Assembly: GCA_963822445.1 (NCBI GenBank)
Contig: CAWGHO010000003.1
Span: forward strand, 960,001-1,024,000
Direction of reading: 5' to 3'
Length of the DNA stretch: 64,000 bases
DNA from: an uncultured Acidobacteriota bacterium
GTDB lineage: Bacteria > Acidobacteriota > Thermoanaerobaculia > Gp7-AA8
Each line of letters starts with the position of its first letter. The stretch's first letter is position 1. Positions 28,748 through 37,538 of the stretch are shown here, in pieces. The notes under the pieces were generated by a model, which was not told the origin of the DNA, made no database searches, and saw only the letters and a list, made by a program, of their open reading frames with translations. The translations under genes and the position numbers were made by a program.

Positions 28748-29265
28748 TGCTGAACCTCCGCACTCTTCGCCCGGCCCCGTCCGCCGCTGAGGACCAGCGC
28801 GCCGACGATCGCCGCCAGAAGAAGAATCGACACCATCTCGAACGGGAAGACGTACTCCTCGAACATGGCGATGCCGATGGCCCGCGCGTCGGCGCGGAAG
28901 CCCGGCGCCGGAAGCGTGTCGAACACGCCGTACTTGAGCAGGTAGTAGACGAGCCCCAGGCCGAGGAACGCGCAGCTGGTGTAGCCGAGGAACTGCTGGA
29001 CGGGACGGGTGTTCGGCTCGGCGACGTGCTGCAGGTTGAGCAGCATGATCACGAAGAGGAACAGGACCATGATCGCCCCGGCGTAGACGATGACCTGCAG
29101 CGCCGCCAGGAACGGCGCCTCGAGCAGCACGTACATCACCGCCAGGGCGAAGAACGACGCCACGAGCGACAACGCGCCGACCACCGGATTGCGGTGCAGC
29201 ACCACGACCAGCGCGAAGACGACGGCCACCGCGGCGAAGAAAAAGAAGATGACGAATTCAGCCAT
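28744..29265 (-). CDS. nuoJ: NADH-quinone oxidoreductase subunit J
   Basis: [30 protein letters not shown]. Confidence 0.95.
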   Translation of the reverse strand: MAEFVIFFFFAAVAVVFALVVVLHRNPVVGALSLVASFFALAVMYVLLEAPFLAALQVIVYAGAIMVLFLFVIMLLNLQHVAEPNTRPVQQFLGYTSCAFLGLGLVYYLLKYGVFDTLPAPGFRADARAIGIAMFEEYVFPFEMVSILLLAAIVGALVLSGGRGRAKSAEVQQ

Positions 29266-29269
29266 GATT

Positions 29270-29326
29270 AGTAGGCAGTGGGCAGTGGGCAGTGGACCGG
29301 GGGCGTGTGGCGGCCCCCTGCCTACT
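29270..29326. repeat. 7-mer tandem repeat (GGCAGTG) with inverted partner at the nuoH-nuoJ junction
   Basis: agtaggcagtg-ggcagtg-ggcagtgg ... ctgcctact. Confidence 0.7.
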
Positions 29327-29331
29327 GATTC

Positions 29332-30432
29332 TCATAACCACCCCGCTGCGATGAACGCAGCTACGAGAACGATATTTACGATGGCCATCGGCAGGAACAA
29401 CTTCCAGCCGATGCGCATGAGGATGTCGTACTTCAGACGGGGAATGGTCCAGCGCACCCAGACGAAGACGAACAGCATGAAGACGACCTTCGCGAGGAAG
29501 AACAGCGCTGTCGCCAGGAACGCCCACCACGTCGCGGGCTCGTTCCAGTACGGGATGTCCCACCCGCCGAAGAACAGCGTGGCGATGAGCGCGGACATCG
29601 TGGCCATGGCCATGTACTCGGCCATGAAGAAGAGCGCGAACTTCATCGACGAATACTCGGTGTGATATCCCGCCACCAGCTCCGCCTCGGCCTCCGCGAA
29701 ATCGAAGGGCAGGCGGTTCGTTTCAGCGAAGGCGGCAACGGTGAAGACGATGAAGCTGAGCCACATCGCCGGCGAGAAAACGTTCCACGCCGGGATCTTG
29801 ATCGTGTCGAAGAGCACGAAGTAACCGGTCTGCTGATGAACGACCTCGGTCAACCGCAGCGAACCGGCCACGAGCAGCGCGCTGACCGCGGCGAGGGTCA
29901 GGGCGAGCTCGTACGAGATCATCTGCGCCGAAGCGCGGATGCCGCCGAACATCGAGTACTTGTTGTTCGAAGACCAGCCGGCGATGACGATGCCGTAGAC
30001 GCCGAGCGACGCCAGCGCGAAGACGATCAGGATGCCGGCGCTGACGTCGGCGATGACCGGCTCGAACCAGCGTCCGCCTTCGACGAACTTCCGTCCGAAC
30101 AACGTGAACTCGGGAATCTCGAAGCCGCGGCCCCAGGGCACGACGGCGATGGTGGTCATCGCCGGGAGCAGTCCGAACGCCGGCGCGAGCGTGTACAGCC
30201 ACTTGTGCGCGCCCGAAGGAATGATGTCTTCCTTCATGATGAATTTGATGGCGTCGGCGAACGACTGCAGGAGGCCCATCGGTCCGACGCGATTCGGGCC
30301 GGGGCGGTCCTGAATGAGCGCGCTGCCGCGCCGCTCGACCCAGACCATGATCGGCGTGACGTTGAGCATCAGGCCGAGGACGATCGCGATCTTGAGTGCG
30401 GAAAGCGCGATGTCGGTCGCGTCGAAGGGCAT
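29332..30432 (-). CDS. nuoH: NADH-quinone oxidoreductase subunit H
   Basis: ERR...QDRPGPNRVGP.GLLQ, SNNKYS, AETNRLPFDFAEAEAELVAGYHTEYS. Confidence 0.96.
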   Translation of the reverse strand: MPFDATDIALSALKIAIVLGLMLNVTPIMVWVERRGSALIQDRPGPNRVGPMGLLQSFADAIKFIMKEDIIPSGAHKWLYTLAPAFGLLPAMTTIAVVPWGRGFEIPEFTLFGRKFVEGGRWFEPVIADVSAGILIVFALASLGVYGIVIAGWSSNNKYSMFGGIRASAQMISYELALTLAAVSALLVAGSLRLTEVVHQQTGYFVLFDTIKIPAWNVFSPAMWLSFIVFTVAAFAETNRLPFDFAEAEAELVAGYHTEYSSMKFALFFMAEYMAMATMSALIATLFFGGWDIPYWNEPATWWAFLATALFFLAKVVFMLFVFVWVRWTIPRLKYDILMRIGWKLFLPMAIVNIVLVAAFIAAGWL

Positions 30433-31976
30433 TACGCGCTGACCTCGGCGAGTGTGGAGACCGTGCCGCGCAGCTCGGCGAAGACGTCCAGCGCGTCGGC
30501 GGTGAGGAACGCCTCGTCAGCAGGGAAGAGCCGCGCGGCCACGCGGCGGAGCGCTTCCAGATCCGTCTCCGCCTGACCCTTCGGGGCCATGGCCTGATGG
30601 ATCCGCTGCACGCGCCCCTGCAGATTCGTGAACGTGCCTTCCTTCTCCGCATGCGTCGCCGACGGAATGAGCACATCCGCAACCTCGGTCAAAGGATGGT
30701 TCGCATCCCAGGCGTGCACAACTAGGAACTTTGCCTTGCGCAGATTGGCCACGACCGCGGGGTCCTTCGCGCGGTCGGTGAACTCGGCGTCGCAGATGTA
30801 GAGGACGTCGATGCCGTCGGCGCCTTTGGTGAGAAGGTCTTCGATCGACGCGCCGGTGCCCACGACCGCGCTGACGCCACGGAAATTCGGCGCGCCCTGC
30901 TCGCCGATCAGCCACTCCGTCCGCGACTTCATCTTGATCGGACCGATCGGATCGACCATCACCCCGATCTTCGCGCCGGCCTTGTCGGCGAAGAGCTTCT
31001 TCGCCAGCCAGGCCTCTTCGTTGGTCATCTGCGCGGAAAGGATCGCGAAGTTGTTCTTCGCGCCGCTGAAGGCTTTCTCGATCGCCTCGAGGGCTTCATC
31101 CCAGGTCGAGATGCCGAGGTAATCGTCCTCGGTGCGGACCTTGGGGACGACCACGCGGTCCGTTTCATACCGCTCGTACGAAAAGCGGCCGTAGTCGCAC
31201 AGCCAGTGATCGTTGACCTCGGGATTCACGCGCGGGCGGTAGCGGAAAATCTGGCCGCTGCGGTGACCGATGAAGATGTTGCAGCCGACGTCGCATCCGT
31301 TGCAGACCGAGTCGGTGGAGTCGAGGTTCCAGACGCGGGACTCGAAGCGAAACTCCCGCGTGGTCAGCGCGCCGGTCGGGCAGATGTCGGTGACGCAGGC
31401 GCTCATCCAGTTGTCGAGCGGCGTTCCGGGGAACACGCCGACTTCCGTCGAAGCGCCGCGCTTGAAGAAAGCCAGCTCGCTCGTGCCGGTGATCTCCGCG
31501 GTGAAGCGGATGCAGCGCGTGCAGTGGATGCAGCGGTTCATGTTCTGCACGACGTGCGGGCCGATGGCCGTGCGATCCATGCCGGGGTACGTGCGTTTGA
31601 ACTCGCCGTAGCGCGACTCCACCGAGCCGTAATTGAAGGAGTAGTCCTGCAGCGGGCATTCGCCGGCCTTGTCGCAGATCGGGCAGTCGAGCGGATGGTT
31701 GATGAGCAGGAACTCCATCTGCCCCTTGCGGGCCTTGTCGACCTTCTCGTTCCAGACGGCGATCTTCATTCCGTCCTTGACCGGCGTCGCGCAGCCGGCC
31801 TGCAGCTTGGGCATGCCTTCGACTTCGACGAGGCACATCCGGCACTGGCCGACGATGCTCAGGGAGGGGTGGTAGCAGAAGTGCGGGACGTGGACGTCGG
31901 CCGCCTTGGCGGCTTCGATGACGTTGATTCCATCCTGAACTTCGACTTCGGTTCCGTCGATGGTGACTTTGGCCAT
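30432..31976 (-). CDS. nuoG: NADH-quinone oxidoreductase subunit G (short, ~514 aa)
   Basis: CYHP...GQCRMCLVE, NHPLDCPICDKAGEC, RCIHCTRC, CNGCDVGC...CDYGRF (N7-type), AEKEGTFTNLQGRVQ; start MAKVTID at 31976. Confidence 0.92.
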   Translation of the reverse strand: MAKVTIDGTEVEVQDGINVIEAAKAADVHVPHFCYHPSLSIVGQCRMCLVEVEGMPKLQAGCATPVKDGMKIAVWNEKVDKARKGQMEFLLINHPLDCPICDKAGECPLQDYSFNYGSVESRYGEFKRTYPGMDRTAIGPHVVQNMNRCIHCTRCIRFTAEITGTSELAFFKRGASTEVGVFPGTPLDNWMSACVTDICPTGALTTREFRFESRVWNLDSTDSVCNGCDVGCNIFIGHRSGQIFRYRPRVNPEVNDHWLCDYGRFSYERYETDRVVVPKVRTEDDYLGISTWDEALEAIEKAFSGAKNNFAILSAQMTNEEAWLAKKLFADKAGAKIGVMVDPIGPIKMKSRTEWLIGEQGAPNFRGVSAVVGTGASIEDLLTKGADGIDVLYICDAEFTDRAKDPAVVANLRKAKFLVVHAWDANHPLTEVADVLIPSATHAEKEGTFTNLQGRVQRIHQAMAPKGQAETDLEALRRVAARLFPADEAFLTADALDVFAELRGTVSTLAEVSA

Positions 31977-32052
31977 AAGTTGCGCGCGACTTGTTGCAGA
32001 ATGGGGGCCCGGCGGGTTGAAGTTGTGAGTCAGCGCAGCCGGCCGTGCCGGC

Positions 32053-32070
32053 CCGTGAAAGATTTCACAA
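32053..32070. promoter_or_regulatory. Rex operator
   Basis: Minus strand TTGTGAA-atct-TTCACgg versus consensus TTGTGAA-N4-TTCACAA; rex ends this operon. Confidence 0.85.
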
Positions 32071-32077
32071 GCGCGGA

Positions 32078-32105
32078 GCATACTGATTCGATCTGAAGGG
32101 GACAA
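32078..32105 (-). promoter_or_regulatory. sigma70 promoter for nuoG...rex
   Basis: TTGTCC-N17-TATGCT on the minus strand, with the Rex box just downstream. Confidence 0.7.
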
Positions 32106-33062
32106 GTGAAAAAAGACGCCGTCATTACTCTCGTTGCCGTGGTTGTCGTTCTCGTTGCCGCATACGTTCTCGCGAGCGTTCGACCCGACCGGCCGGGCAC
32201 GCCCTCGCAGCCTTTCCGCCCCGATGGGAAGGAAGCAAAGAAGAAGGGCGAGGATCCGAACGACAAAGTGATCATGCACGTCAACGGCGAAGCGGTGACG
32301 GAGAGTGAATTCACCTCCCTGATGGCGCAGGCACCCGCCGAGCAGCGCGCGTTCTACGGCAGCGATCAGGGCAAGCGCCTGCTCGCCGACGAGCTGGTGA
32401 AGCTGAAATCTCTCGAGCAGGAAGGCCGCCGCCTCGGCGTCGCCGACGAACCGGAAGTGCGCTCCCAGCTCGAATCGCTCGAAGCGCAGATCGTCGCCGG
32501 CAAGACCCTGGAGAGACTGGTGAAGGAGCAGGTCGACAAGAACATCCAGGCGGAGTTCGCGAAAGAGAAAGCGAGCTCGAAAACGCTGCGGCACATCCTC
32601 CTCGCCTATCAGGGCAGCGCCGTTCCGCCGCGCGCGGGCAAGCCGGTCAGCGCCGAGCAGGCGAAGCAGAAGGCGGCCGCGCTCGTGGCCCGCATCCGCC
32701 GCGGTGAGGAGTTCGGCTCGGTCGCGCGACTCGAGTCCGACGATCAGCAGACCGCTCCCCGCGGAGGAACCCTCGGCGCCGCGCGCCCCGATCAACTACC
32801 GCCGGAGATCGGAAAGGTGGTGGCCGCGCTCAAGCCGGGACAGATCAGCGATCCGGTCCAGACCCAGTTCGGCATCCACATCTTCAACGTCGAAGAGCCG
32901 AAGCTCGAGGACATGCGGGAGATGCTCACCGATCGCATGCAGCGTCAGGCCGTCGAGGAGACGGTGACCCGCCTGCAGAAGGGCGCGAAGGTGGAGCTGG
33001 ACGAGAAGTTCTTCCCGCCTGTTCCCACGCAGCCCGCCGCGCCACCCAAGACCAAGGGTTAG
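32106..33062 (+). CDS. Parvulin-type peptidyl-prolyl isomerase (PrsA/SurA-like)
   Basis: LRHILL, FGSVARLESDD..TAPRGGTLG, LKPGQISDPVQTQFGIHI; N-terminal TM. Confidence 0.9.
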   Translation: MKKDAVITLVAVVVVLVAAYVLASVRPDRPGTPSQPFRPDGKEAKKKGEDPNDKVIMHVNGEAVTESEFTSLMAQAPAEQRAFYGSDQGKRLLADELVKLKSLEQEGRRLGVADEPEVRSQLESLEAQIVAGKTLERLVKEQVDKNIQAEFAKEKASSKTLRHILLAYQGSAVPPRAGKPVSAEQAKQKAAALVARIRRGEEFGSVARLESDDQQTAPRGGTLGAARPDQLPPEIGKVVAALKPGQISDPVQTQFGIHIFNVEEPKLEDMREMLTDRMQRQAVEETVTRLQKGAKVELDEKFFPPVPTQPAAPPKTKG

Positions 33063-33085
33063 GCGTACACTTATCGCCATCCCTC

Positions 33086-33457
33086 ATGAGCGCGCGGAAG
33101 ATTCTCGTCGTCGAAGACAACGACATGAATATGCAGCTGGTCGAATTCCTCCTGGAAGAGGGGGGATACGACATCGTGAAAGCCGCGAGCGGCGAGGAAG
33201 CGCTGGAGATCACCCGCAACACCTCCGGCGCGCCTGACCTGATCCTGATGGACATCCACCTGCCGGGCATGGACGGCCTTTCCGTGGTCCGGGCGATGAA
33301 GACCGACGACCGCACCCGCCGCATCCCCATCCTGGCCCTGACCGCCCACGCCATGCGCGGCGACAAGGACCGTTTCCTCGAAGCCGGCTGCGACGGCTAC
33401 ATCTCCAAGCCGATCGACGTGAAGACGTTCATCTCGTCGATTGAGCAATACTTGTGA
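33086..33457 (+). CDS. Single-domain response regulator (DivK-like)
   Basis: ILVVEDN, LILMDIHLPGMDG, ALTAHAM, GYISKP. Confidence 0.93.
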   Translation: MSARKILVVEDNDMNMQLVEFLLEEGGYDIVKAASGEEALEITRNTSGAPDLILMDIHLPGMDGLSVVRAMKTDDRTRRIPILALTAHAMRGDKDRFLEAGCDGYISKPIDVKTFISSIEQYL

Positions 33458-33461
33458 GACG

Positions 33462-33516
33462 CAAAGGCTCAAAGCGTTTCTCCTTTGAGCCCTTGAGCCT
33501 CTGAGCCTTTGAGCCT
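33462..33516. repeat. 8-mer tandem repeat (CTTTGAGC) with inverted partner
   Basis: aggctcaaag ... ctttgagc ccttgagc ctctgagc ctttgagc. Confidence 0.75.
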
Positions 33517-33536
33517 CGACTACAATCCGCCCCCTT

Positions 33537-34661
33537 ATGCGAATGCTCGTCCTCGGCGCCGGCCGAATGGGTCTCGGCGCGGTCCACGATCTCGTTTCAC
33601 AAACCGACGTCACCGGTGTGACGGTTGCTGATGCCGACGGCGCGAAGGCGCGCGACATCGCCGCGCGGTGCGGCGATCGCGTCACGCCGCAACAGATCGA
33701 CTGCAACGACGACAACGCCGTCGTCGAATTGATGCGCGGTCATGCCTCGGCCATCAGCTGCGTCAACTACTGGCTGAACGAGCGCCTCGCCCGCGCCGCG
33801 ATTGCCGCGGGCACGAACTTCTGCGATCTCGGCGGCAACAATGACGTCGTCGACGCCGAACTGGCTCTCGACGCGCAGGCCCGCGCCGCGGGCGTGAACA
33901 TCATTCCCGACTGCGGACTCGCTCCGGGCATGGTGGCCGTCCTCGTCGCGCATGGCGCGCAGCAGTTCGAGACGCTCGACGAGATCCACATCCGCGTTGG
34001 CGGTCTGCCCCAGAACCCGAAGCCGCCGCTCGACTACCAGCTCGTCTTTTCCGTCGAAGGGCTGATCAACGAATACATCGAGCCGGCGCGCGTCATCCGC
34101 GACGGGAAGATCGTGACCGTCGAATCGATGACCGAGGTGGAGTCGCTGGAGTTCCCGCGGCCGTTCGGGACGATGGAAGCGTTCCAGACATCCGGCGGGA
34201 CCTCGACGCTCGTCGACACGTTCCGCGGCAAGGTTCGCGAGCTCGATTACAAGACCATCCGCTATCCGGGCCACTGCGAGAAGTTCAAGACCATGATCGA
34301 CCTCGGCCTCTGCAGCTCCGAGGCGATCACGGTCGATGGCGTGAGCGTGAAACCGCGGCGCGTTCTCGGCGATCTGCTCGTGAAGAACCTCCCTCACGAC
34401 GAGCCCGACGTGGTGCTCGTGCGTGTCGAGTTCGTAGGCGGCGACCGCCGTCTGACCTACGACATCATCGACCGCTACGATCCGGAGACCGGCCTCAGCG
34501 CGATGATGCGCACGACCGCATTCCCCGCGTCGATCGTGGCGTTGATGATGGCTCGCAACCACACGACGTCGAAGGGAGCGCTGCCGCAGGAACGGTGCAT
34601 TCCGCCGGATTTGTTCATGGAAGAGCTCGCGAAGCGGAAAATCGACGTGCAGGTCGAATAA
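33537..34661 (+). CDS. Saccharopine dehydrogenase / lysine 6-dehydrogenase family protein
   Basis: VLGAGRMG, DLGGN, DCGLAPG, GLINEY, TSGGTST, YKTIRYPGH. Confidence 0.9.
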   Translation: MRMLVLGAGRMGLGAVHDLVSQTDVTGVTVADADGAKARDIAARCGDRVTPQQIDCNDDNAVVELMRGHASAISCVNYWLNERLARAAIAAGTNFCDLGGNNDVVDAELALDAQARAAGVNIIPDCGLAPGMVAVLVAHGAQQFETLDEIHIRVGGLPQNPKPPLDYQLVFSVEGLINEYIEPARVIRDGKIVTVESMTEVESLEFPRPFGTMEAFQTSGGTSTLVDTFRGKVRELDYKTIRYPGHCEKFKTMIDLGLCSSEAITVDGVSVKPRRVLGDLLVKNLPHDEPDVVLVRVEFVGGDRRLTYDIIDRYDPETGLSAMMRTTAFPASIVALMMARNHTTSKGALPQERCIPPDLFMEELAKRKIDVQVE

Positions 34662-34697
34662 CTTTCGGTGCGGCCGGTTAACAATGCGAACCGGTCC

Positions 34698-37256
34698 ATG
34701 CTCCGCACAATCTCCTGGCTAACGCTCGCGCTCGCTCTCCTCGCTGCAGATCCGGCCGAGGCCTACTACCCGTTGTGGAATCGCACCAGTTTTTCGATCG
34801 TGGCGAACATCCGAAACATCTTCGCCGCTGACTTCAACGGTGACGGTCGGCCGGACGTGGTTACGCGCACCAGCACCACCGAAATTCACCTCTTCATCAC
34901 GTATGAAGACGGTACGCTCGGACCGCCGATGTCGGTTCACTCCACCACCGGGCTCAGCGGCCTCGCGGTCGCCGATGTGAATGGTGACGGGAAACTCGAC
35001 CTCATCATCGCCGGCAGTGCCCCCGAAGCGTTGACCGTCCTTCCTTCGAATGGCGACGGAAGTTTCGGTGCCGCGATCACCTCGCCGATTGCTGTCGATC
35101 CGGCGGGGCTTGCGATCGCGGACTTCAACGGCGACGACAAGATCGACGTGGTGGTCCGGAGCCTCAATGATCTGGCCGTCGCTTTGTACACCGGCGACGG
35201 TGCGGGAAACTTTGCACTCCTGCTGAACCGGCCTCTGGCAAGTGCGCCTCAGATCGTCGTCTCCGGCGACATCGATGCTGACGACAAGGCGGATTACGTA
35301 GTGGGGTATGGCGACACGACACCGTACGAGGTTCACTACGGCAACGGCGACGGCACCTTCCAGACCGTATTTCCCCTCTCCTCGCTCGCGGCGGCGGCCA
35401 CCAGGATGTTGATCGAGGACCTGGACGCGGACGGCGACCTGGAGATCATCGCCACGCACTTCGCCGCGAACACATTGACCGTCGTTGCCAACAACGGCAG
35501 CCGGACGTTCGCGTCACCTCTGGTTTATCCGGTTCTGCCTGTGGCGCCGCCCTCGGGAAATCCATTCGACATCGTGGTTGCCGACATGAACGGCGACGGC
35601 GATGCCGACGTCGTCACGACCCTCGCGAACGAAAAGTACATGGCCACCTTCACGGGCAACGGAGACGGCTCGCTGAATTCGCCCGCTTACGTTTACGCGG
35701 GCGGGACGCCATACGGCCAGTATGCGCCGCAATATCTGGCGACCGCCGACTTCACAGGCGATGGGCGCCCGGACATCGCTCTTGCCGGCAGCATCTTCAT
35801 TGCTCTCTACAAGAACCGATCGGGCGAAGTCGACCTGTTGGTGTCTCGCGAGTATCCGACCATCGCCGCCGGGCAGACCGCTACATTCTCAGTGCTGATC
35901 CGGGACGCCCAGTTCGCGCACTTCACTCAGTATCCCCCGCCGGGCGTAACCGGGACGGTGACGCTCAAAGAAGACGGCGTCGAGATCGGCAGCGCGACCG
36001 TCAGCAACAACGCCGCGACGATCGAGCTCCCGTCACTCGCGGTTGGCATGCACGCGATCACCGCGCATTACTCGGGTGACGACTCCTACCGGGCCACTGC
36101 CTCCGCACCGGTCCTGCAAAACGTCAGCGCCGACACCACCTCCGTGACGCTCACCAATTCAGCTTCCGGACCCCTGGAGTACGCGGAGGGCATCACGCTC
36201 ACCGCGACGGTTACCTCCACGAGCAACGAGCCCTTGGACGGACCGTTGTGGATTTACCGCAACGATGACCTGGTCTCGTCATGGCAAGGTCCGACCGCCC
36301 AATACCAAGCGATTCTCGGGCCCGGTACCTACACATATCGTGCAGTGTTCCGTGGAACGGAGACCCTGCCGCCCAGCACCTCCGAGATCGTCACGCAGGT
36401 CGTGATCAAGGGGACGTCGATCACCACGCTCGGCCAGGTCTTCGTTCAGCTCAGCGACCAGACCACGGTCGGGGTCAGCCTCACCGGTAAGTACCGCGGC
36501 AGCCCCGGGGGCAACGTTCGTCTGTACAACGGCTCGACTCTGCTCACCACGGTTTCTGCCGTGGCTCCGTACTGTTGTGACGGTACCTCGGTCCAGATCC
36601 CGCTCTCGCTTCCGGTTGGCGTGCACTACCTTCACGCCGTGTACGAAGGTGACGCGAACTTCGAGCCGTCGACTTCCGGTGTGACGAGGTACGTCGTGGT
36701 GCCCGACCAGGGTTTCGCAATCGAGGCGTGGGTCCAGGAAGGCTCGATCCGCGTTCGCGGACTGTACGACCTTCCGGCTGGCGGTTACTTCAAGATCTAT
36801 AGCCGCCGAGGAACTGTTCCTGGATGGATCATCTATCAGGGACCGGTCGCTTCATGGATCGAGCTCGAACCGGACCCTAATACCCCTTACCTGTTTCGGA
36901 TGGAGGCGTACAACTCGAGCAATCAACTGCTCGCCTCGAGCAACACCGAAATGGCGATGGTCTACGCGTTTGCCGATGACCCTCTCGTGCGCGGCACCGT
37001 CGTCAAGTCACTGCACTTCACCGAGCTCGGGGCTGCCACGAATACGCTGAGAACCGCGGCGAGTCTGGGCGCGATCAGTATCGATACGTCGCCCGGTCAT
37101 GTGATTGAGGCCGCGCACGTCCTGCAGCTTCGAGCGGCCATCAACGAGGCCCGCGTGGCCCTCGGAGCCTCGCCGGTGGCGTACACCGACGCGGTCGCGC
37201 CGGGACTGCCGGTGCGCGCCTCGCACGTCCAGGAATTGCGCGACGCCATCCGCTGA
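34698..37256 (+). CDS. Secreted FG-GAP/VCBS repeat plus Big_3-like Ig protein
   Basis: ADFNGDGRPD repeats; ITAHYSGDDSY and AVYEGDANF Ig domains; C-terminal triple xxAxHxxELR motif. Confidence 0.88.
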   Translation: MLRTISWLTLALALLAADPAEAYYPLWNRTSFSIVANIRNIFAADFNGDGRPDVVTRTSTTEIHLFITYEDGTLGPPMSVHSTTGLSGLAVADVNGDGKLDLIIAGSAPEALTVLPSNGDGSFGAAITSPIAVDPAGLAIADFNGDDKIDVVVRSLNDLAVALYTGDGAGNFALLLNRPLASAPQIVVSGDIDADDKADYVVGYGDTTPYEVHYGNGDGTFQTVFPLSSLAAAATRMLIEDLDADGDLEIIATHFAANTLTVVANNGSRTFASPLVYPVLPVAPPSGNPFDIVVADMNGDGDADVVTTLANEKYMATFTGNGDGSLNSPAYVYAGGTPYGQYAPQYLATADFTGDGRPDIALAGSIFIALYKNRSGEVDLLVSREYPTIAAGQTATFSVLIRDAQFAHFTQYPPPGVTGTVTLKEDGVEIGSATVSNNAATIELPSLAVGMHAITAHYSGDDSYRATASAPVLQNVSADTTSVTLTNSASGPLEYAEGITLTATVTSTSNEPLDGPLWIYRNDDLVSSWQGPTAQYQAILGPGTYTYRAVFRGTETLPPSTSEIVTQVVIKGTSITTLGQVFVQLSDQTTVGVSLTGKYRGSPGGNVRLYNGSTLLTTVSAVAPYCCDGTSVQIPLSLPVGVHYLHAVYEGDANFEPSTSGVTRYVVVPDQGFAIEAWVQEGSIRVRGLYDLPAGGYFKIYSRRGTVPGWIIYQGPVASWIELEPDPNTPYLFRMEAYNSSNQLLASSNTEMAMVYAFADDPLVRGTVVKSLHFTELGAATNTLRTAASLGAISIDTSPGHVIEAAHVLQLRAAINEARVALGASPVAYTDAVAPGLPVRASHVQELRDAIR

Positions 37257-37499
37257 CGCACGTTGTCGCGATAACCCCGACCCACCGGCACGATCGAATC
37301 GTCGTTCAGCACCAGCGCCGCCGCGCGGACGCCGCGCAAGTGATCGAGATTGGCGATGTACGAGCGGTGCACGCGCGCGAAGCTGGCAAGCAGCATCGAT
37401 TCGAGCGACGTGAGCGTCTTCTCGTGCAGGTGCACGTGACGTCGCGCAGGTGCAGCTCGGAGTAATCGTCGGCGCCGCGGATGAAGGTGATGTCGTCGG
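37257..37499 (-). pseudogene. Displaced 3' fragment of a LytTR response regulator; direct repeat of ~54557-54799
   Basis: DDITFIRGADDYSELHL...HLHEKTLTSLESML..FARVHRSYIAN; about 90% nt identity by manual alignment. Confidence 0.9.
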
Positions 37500-37529
37500 A
37501 CCGCCGGACGACCTCGGTCGTCCGGCGGT
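37500..37529. terminator. 14-bp perfect hairpin at the island boundary, downstream of the MCO gene
   Basis: accgccggacgacc-tc-ggtcgtccggcggt. Confidence 0.7.
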
Positions 37530-37538
37530 TTGCATGGG

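Noticed and set aside
31977-32795. N-terminal extension of NuoG (787-aa ORF)
   Set aside because: It is the antisense shadow of the PPIase gene; homology starts at MAKVTID (31976), and the promoter and Rex box lie inside the extension
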